Source: Amoeboradix gromovi X-113
Lineage: Eukaryota; Fungi; Sanchytriomycota
Assembly: GCA_018985225.1 (NCBI GenBank)
Contig: JADGIF010000379.1
Span: forward strand, 1 to 9,671
Direction of reading: 5' to 3'
DNA: 9,671 nt
Shown here: positions 7,352 through 9,671 of the stretch, one piece after another
Layout: the number at the start of each line of letters is the position of its first letter
Position numbering within the stretch: position 1 is the stretch's first letter
Translations under genes and position numbers: made by a program
Notes under the pieces: generated by a model
What the model saw: the letters and a program-made list of their open reading frames with translations, nothing else
What the model was told of the DNA's origin: nothing
Database searches by the model: none

Positions 7352-8113
7352 TTAAACTTTGAACAGTGCTACAAACAGTATTAGGCCTATCAAATAGACA
7401 TGAATAGCATACGGAACCTTGAAATGTGCGATGAACCTCGGAAACCCTAGATGATTGCAAAACGAGTGAATTATGATTGCAACAAAAAGATTAGCGTTAG
7501 AGAGATATAACCAAGATTGATACCATCCAAAGAGGGTGGTATAAAAAAGTTGGAACATAGTAACAATTAGTACGCTTTTTACAGCATATCCGCTGTGAAT
7601 CTTAAATATGGCATGATGTACATGGGCAATCCCAAATAATAAGGGTGTAAAAAATATTATATTGAAATTTGAAATAGAGCTAGATTTCCACAGTAAAATG
7701 ACCAAGGATCTAAAAACATATTCTTCGAATATTGGAGCAAAAAAGAGTGCTCTAACAGATAGCCAGAGCGATTCAAGGTTGAACAGAGTGCCCAGAGTGT
7801 ATTCAGAATACAAGGTACCTAAGAATAAACAAGTTACATGGATTAAACCAATACAATCATCTCTGCTGGGAACCGAAATTCCAATTAATCTAATGCTTAG
7901 TTTTGATATACAATTGTGAACAATCAATGTTGATATGAAGCAGGTAAGAAGGGTAATCATTCCTCTTCTTTTTATTATCGCAGGATCCAAACTATTACCA
8001 AATCTACTCTTGGGATCAATATACAGGCCAAACACAAACAAAGAGCTAATTATGATACTAACTGAGATGCCCTTACTAACAGGCAACTGGCCATCAACAA
8101 TTGACCAGTCCAT
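7352..8113 (-). CDS. RCE1: CAAX prenyl protease 2 (Rce1, Abi/CPBP family), 253 aa
   Basis: Multi-pass hydrophobic protein with APIFEEYVFR, PLLFGIAHVHH, QLFYTTLFGWY and HSFCNHLGFP, the eukaryotic Rce1 catalytic motifs. Confidence 0.95.
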   Translation of the reverse strand: MDWSIVDGQLPVSKGISVSIIISSLFVFGLYIDPKSRFGNSLDPAIIKRRGMITLLTCFISTLIVHNCISKLSIRLIGISVPSRDDCIGLIHVTCLFLGTLYSEYTLGTLFNLESLWLSVRALFFAPIFEEYVFRSLVILLWKSSSISNFNIIFFTPLLFGIAHVHHAIFKIHSGYAVKSVLIVTMFQLFYTTLFGWYQSWLYLSNANLFVAIIIHSFCNHLGFPRFIAHFKVPYAIHVYLIGLILFVALFKV

Positions 8114-8127
8114 GATGTTACAAAAAA
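8114..8127 (-). promoter_or_regulatory. Start-proximal motif TTTTTTGTAACATC upstream of the RCE1 ATG
   Basis: Same consensus and spacing as upstream of POL1. Confidence 0.4.
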
Positions 8128-8152
8128 GCGCACAAACTATAAGTAATTTAAA

Positions 8153-8158
8153 TTTATT
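8153..8158 (-). terminator. Putative polyadenylation signal after the COX10 stop
   Basis: Minus strand reads TAA t AATAAA. Confidence 0.55.
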
Positions 8159-8159
8159 A

Positions 8160-9137
8160 TTACGAACGTTGTTCAGTTGCTTTGTGTCCTCTATGGTAGA
8201 TATACAGTCCTATAATTACTGGCAAATGTACTAAACTAGTGAAAAATAAACGGCGACTAGATTGAACACTAGATTGTGCATTTCCTAGTAATTTACTAAA
8301 TAGAGCACTAAAGGGGGTTCTACTGTTCAAATCCTGGCAAACAGACTGGTGAAATTTAGCTGCTCCATATATTAATGGGATATTAACCAAGCTGCTAGTT
8401 AATACGAAGTATGAGGAAGTCTGCCGATCTATAAGTGGTAATAGACAAGTTAGCCCCAGTATTCTTACGGAGTATTTAAATGCTAGCTGGCTGTTCTTGA
8501 ACGGCCTAGTTATGCTGAGCAAAGGATAACCTGCGATTGCGTAAGAAGCTTTTGTAAAATGAGACAATGCGTTAAAATGAGGAAACTGCCACATGAATAA
8601 CAATACCGGGAGAATAAGAGACTGTAGATCAAACGAATCATTTCTAGCAGTATATCCCATTAATGGAGGTATCGCACCCACTAGAGCGCCCGCCCAAAGA
8701 CTAGAATGGTGAAATCGCTTCAATGGAGTATAAATAAATGCATAAAGCCCGATTGTAGTAGCACCTAACACGGCAGTTTTGTAGTTAACAAATGACAGTA
8801 TTGCTATTCCAGATATTCCAGCACCTATTCCAACTCCTAGTGCTGTCATTGGCAAACATCTACCAGAAGTCAGCATTCTAGTTCTGGTTCGTACCATCTG
8901 TGCATCCATAGGATATTCAAATAGCTGATTAAATGTGTTAGCACTATATGCACACAAACCTGTTCCAACTACTGTTGCCAGCATCTGCATTAGCGATCCA
9001 GAATCTTTTTTATCTGAGTCGTTTTTGTGTATGGCATATCCTCCTAGTGTTGTTAATGTTACTAATGCACTCAACCTCGGCTTTCCGAGTTCCCAAATGG
9101 CTGATTGTTTAAATGGTTTCCAGAACATCAAGGACAT
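8160..9137 (-). CDS. COX10: Protoheme IX farnesyltransferase (heme O synthase, UbiA family), 325 aa
   Basis: LGKPRLSALV, SANTFNQLFE...DAQMVRTRTR, LYAFIYTPLKR, WAGALVGAIPPLMGY, WQFPHFNALS and SRRLFFTSLVHLP are eukaryotic COX10 motifs. There is an in-frame upstream stop at 9198-9200 with no earlier ATG. Confidence 0.96.
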   Translation of the reverse strand: MSLMFWKPFKQSAIWELGKPRLSALVTLTTLGGYAIHKNDSDKKDSGSLMQMLATVVGTGLCAYSANTFNQLFEYPMDAQMVRTRTRMLTSGRCLPMTALGVGIGAGISGIAILSFVNYKTAVLGATTIGLYAFIYTPLKRFHHSSLWAGALVGAIPPLMGYTARNDSFDLQSLILPVLLFMWQFPHFNALSHFTKASYAIAGYPLLSITRPFKNSQLAFKYSVRILGLTCLLPLIDRQTSSYFVLTSSLVNIPLIYGAAKFHQSVCQDLNSRTPFSALFSKLLGNAQSSVQSSRRLFFTSLVHLPVIIGLYIYHRGHKATEQRS

Positions 9138-9440
9138 CTCTATGAAAAAGTATACTGGAGGTAAAAGGGGATGATAAAAAGAAAAATAGATACTATACTA
9201 GTGTGCAAATCCATCAACAAGGCACCGATACTGTAGCATATGTCCTAACTGACCCTTTACTAGCTCTTCATTACCACGGACAACAGAAAACTTGGCAAAG
9301 TTTGAACCAAGATATTGAGCATGCGGTGGGAGTGGTCTTGGTCGCAAATATGAATAAATGGGACAAAGTGATTATCCGCTTACATATATCAAAAAGCATC
9401 ACCACAGCGATCGCTCAGTTAACGATTCATCTGCTAATTT

Positions 9441-9650
9441 AGCACTACCTGGCCAAAAATCCTGGCTTTTTAGATATCAAGAATTTACACTAAAACCGGC
9501 AGTGCTAATTGCACCGTTATAGCGGCTGCTAATGCTTCAATTACCTTGAGGCGAGATGGAATAAGGATATATACAAGTGTATGTTCCTTGATTTAGCTTG
9601 ACTATTTTCTTGAATAAATCATTTATCGCGAATTTGTATATATTTTTGTA
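9441..9650 (+). ncRNA. Divergent U1 snRNA-like structured RNA (ends approximate)
   Basis: Ordered U1 landmarks: ACTACCTGGC (9444-9453; canonical ACTTACCTGGC); ATCAAGAA (9476-9483) in the loop of hairpin 9464-9497 (U1-70K-like loop); ATTGCAC (9508-9514) in the loop of stem GCAG-TGCTA/TAGCG-G-CTGC (U1A-like loop); third hairpin GCTTCAA/TTGAGGC (9534-9552); Sm-like AATTTGT (9631-9637) and ATTTTTG (9642-9648). No convincing ORF in any frame. Confidence 0.55.
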
Positions 9651-9671
9651 TCATTTCAAGACTTTTCCAGA

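Noticed and set aside
8325-8334. tRNA B-box-like GTTCAAATCC
   Set aside because: It lies inside COX10 (antisense) and no T-arm stem or cloverleaf forms.
337-9174. Short ORFs antisense to or overlapping the five genes (337-525, 817-1005, 1087-1278, 3096-3305, 3500-3682, 3961-4980 set, 6449-6670, 7662-7919, 7935-8234, 8935-9174)
   Set aside because: Shadow ORFs of well-supported genes, with no motifs of their own.
9203-9442. 79-aa + strand ORF from the track
   Set aside because: GTG start, no recognisable motif, and a length compatible with chance.
9432-9570. Minus-strand spliced-leader-RNA-like layout: CTCAAG|GTAATT donor at 9545/9544, hairpins, Sm-like GATTTTTGG (9461-9453), terminal hairpin
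   Set aside because: Most G-U pairs and the three ordered U1 landmarks favour a + strand RNA. Kept only as a fallback; mRNAs carrying a 5' leader ending in CTCAAG would revive it.
1-9671. Alternative genetic code (stop-codon reassignment)
   Set aside because: All five genes translate fully under the standard code and end at TAA/TAG at the expected C-termini. TGA usage cannot be judged from this window.

Overview
AT-rich, very gene-dense eukaryotic nuclear DNA using the standard genetic code. All five genes read as uninterrupted ORFs, and three of the spacers are only 27-46 bp. In order: the 3' part of a BRCA2 homologue (window opens inside a 105-bp BRC tandem repeat, followed by helical and OB domains), a 554-bp gap, a USP30/Ubp1/Ubp16-like deubiquitinase, the DNA polymerase alpha catalytic subunit (POL1), then on the minus strand the CAAX protease RCE1 and heme O synthase COX10. 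COX10 implies a respiring organism; a compact early-diverging fungus-like or protist genome is an inference only. The most interesting signals are: (1) an unannotated, highly structured RNA at about 9441-9650 carrying U1 snRNA landmarks in the right order, but with an altered 5' splice-site-pairing arm and extra helices; (2) a Pol alpha that has lost its second C-terminal cysteine cluster (CysB); (3) nucleotide-identical BRC repeats and an almost tower-less BRCA2; (4) a shared micro-spacer grammar of AATAAA at the stop codon and TTTTTTGWAACNNN before the ATG. All protein assignments come from recalled motifs, and all RNA pairings were worked out by hand, not by database search or folding software.
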